DNA of 32,000 nucleotides from Buchnera aphidicola (Therioaphis trifolii) (GTDB lineage Bacteria; Pseudomonadota; Gammaproteobacteria; Enterobacterales; Enterobacteriaceae): NCBI RefSeq assembly GCF_005080705.1, contig NZ_CP032996.1, positions 387,294 to 419,293 of the forward strand, read 5' to 3'. Shown piece by piece: positions 30,686 to 32,000 of this stretch (position 1 is its first letter; each line of letters starts with the position of its first letter). The notes under the pieces were generated by a model. It saw only the letters and a program-made list of their open reading frames with translations, ran no database searches and was not told where the DNA came from. The position numbers and the translations under genes were made by a program.

Positions 30686-32000
30686 TTATAAATATGGATT
30701 TTTTGTATTTTTAAAAATAATTTTAATATTTTTACCAAATAAACATAAACGTTCTTGAAAAAAATTTATTAAATAACGTTTATAACTTTTTGAAATATTT
30801 AATAATTGATTTCCATGTATTACAATAGTAGGAGGATTATATCCTCCAGGATGTGCATATTTTAATTTTATTTTTTTTCCTTGAAATAGTGCAGGAGGAT
30901 TTTTTAAAATTGCTTGATATAAAATTTTTGTTAATTGCGATGATTTCATTTTTTGATTTGATTTTTTTATTAAAATATCAATTAAAGAAAATATTTTTTT
31001 AATACCTTTTTTATATAAAGCTGAAATAAAATGAATATAAAAAAATTTCATTATTCTATATTTTGAATATAAATATTTTTTAATTTTTTTTTTTTCTATT
31101 AAAGATAAATTTTCTGATTTATTAATTAATATTAATAATATTTTACCAGAATTAATAATGATATTTAAAATCCATATATCTTTTTTATTAAAACCATGTT
31201 TTGCATCTATAATTAAAATAGAAATATAAGAATGAGAAATTGCTTGTAATGTTTTTATAATAGGTAAAGATTCTTTTGAACCTTTATTTTTTTTTTTAAT
31301 ACCTGCAGTATCAATAATTTTATATTGTTTATTTTTAAATACAACTAAATCAAAAATAGTATCACGAGTTGTTCCAGAAATATGAGAAGTAATAGCTCTA
31401 TTTTTATTTAATAATGTATTAAATAATGTTGATTTACCAACATTAGGTTTACCAATAATAGAAATAATTCTATTATTAATAGAATATTTTTTTTTATTAA
31501 TAAAATTATTTAAATATTTTAATTTTATATTGGATTGAATCCAATTATTTATTTTATTTTTTAAATTTTGAAGACCAATATTTTTTAATGCAGAAATTAA
31601 AAAAATATTTTTAATTCCTAAACAATAATATTCATTTATTATATATTGATAATTTTTAATTTTATCAATTTTATTAATTATTAAAAAAATTTCTTTAGAT
31701 TGTTTACGAATTATATTAATAATAATTTTATCTTCTTCTGTAATTCCAATTTTTATATTTAAAATAAATAAAATTAAAATTGAGTCTTTTATTGCAATTA
31801 AAGTTTGATTTAAAATATTTTTTTTTAATATGTCTAATTGATTATTATAAAATTGAAATCCAGCAGTATCAATAATATTAACATTTTGATTTTTTAATTT
31901 TAAGACACCAAATTGACGATCTCTTGTAAAATCAAAACTATCATGAATTATTGCTAAATTTTTTTTTATTAACTTATTAAATAATGTAGATTTTCCAACA
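30686..32000 (-). CDS. der: GTPase Der (EngA), 5' end outside the window
   Basis: The window edge reads VGKSTLFNKLIKK...FTRDRQFG...IIDTAGF (G1-G3 of GTPase domain 1). That frame is the same as track ORF 30686..31051 (offset 1311 = 3 x 437). I translated 31052..31381 by hand and found no stop (…DTAGIKKKNKG…IDAKHGF…). The C-terminal KH-like part has KLKYAHPGGYNPPTIVIHGN. Confidence 0.9.
   Translation of the reverse strand, partial: VGKSTLFNKLIKKNLAIIHDSFDFTRDRQFGVLKLKNQNVNIIDTAGFQFYNNQLDILKKNILNQTLIAIKDSILILFILNIKIGITEEDKIIINIIRKQSKEIFLIINKIDKIKNYQYIINEYYCLGIKNIFLISALKNIGLQNLKNKINNWIQSNIKLKYLNNFINKKKYSINNRIISIIGKPNVGKSTLFNTLLNKNRAITSHISGTTRDTIFDLVVFKNKQYKIIDTAGIKKKNKGSKESLPIIKTLQAISHSYISILIIDAKHGFNKKDIWILNIIINSGKILLILINKSENLSLIEKKKIKKYLYSKYRIMKFFYIHFISALYKKGIKKIFSLIDILIKKSNQKMKSSQLTKILYQAILKNPPALFQGKKIKLKYAHPGGYNPPTIVIHGNQLLNISKSYKRYLINFFQERLCLFGKNIKIIFKNTKNPYL

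Noticed and set aside
30686-31051. The der track ORF is only 121 aa, which suggested a frameshifted or pseudogenised der
   Set aside because: The G1 motif at the window edge is in the same frame (offset 1311 nt). My hand translation of 31052..31381 shows no stop. The short call is simply the last in-frame ATG of an edge-truncated ORF.

Overview
The window is extremely AT-rich (about 80% A+T by eye, not computed), gene-dense and free of mobile DNA. This is typical of a reduced gammaproteobacterial insect endosymbiont. The gene order mutY-yggX / sbcB / rplI-rpsR-rpsF / purA / miaA / pgi / ibpA-orn / rpmE / hslVU-fpr / epmA / rsmJ / ynfM-dapF / cyaY / tRNA cluster / rho-trxA-rep-ilvC-ilvD / iscS-iscU-fdx / der matches my recollection of Buchnera aphidicola, but I cannot confirm this without a search. 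I support 32 protein-coding genes (two cut by the window edges), 7 tRNA genes, one sigma-32-type promoter, one divergent sigma-70-type promoter pair and a few hairpins. Thirty-one CDSs are recognisable housekeeping or amino-acid-biosynthesis genes by direct similarity to E. coli proteins recalled from memory. I found no CRISPR array, IS element, phage, toxin-antitoxin or defence system. The only real candidate for something undescribed is a 423-aa orphan ORF (15709..16980, minus strand) between epmA and rsmJ. Other points of interest: trpEG sits on the chromosome where hfq-hflXKC would be; the isc operon is reduced to iscS-iscU-fdx; a sigma-32 promoter is retained at ibpA but not at hslVU; none of the 7 tRNA genes encodes CCA; the arg-his-pro tRNA operon lacks leuT; a 16-bp inverted repeat covers the orn start codon; and intact genes carry long poly(A) tracts. 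Several ORF-track starts need correction (mutY, sbcB, ibpA, hslU, der).
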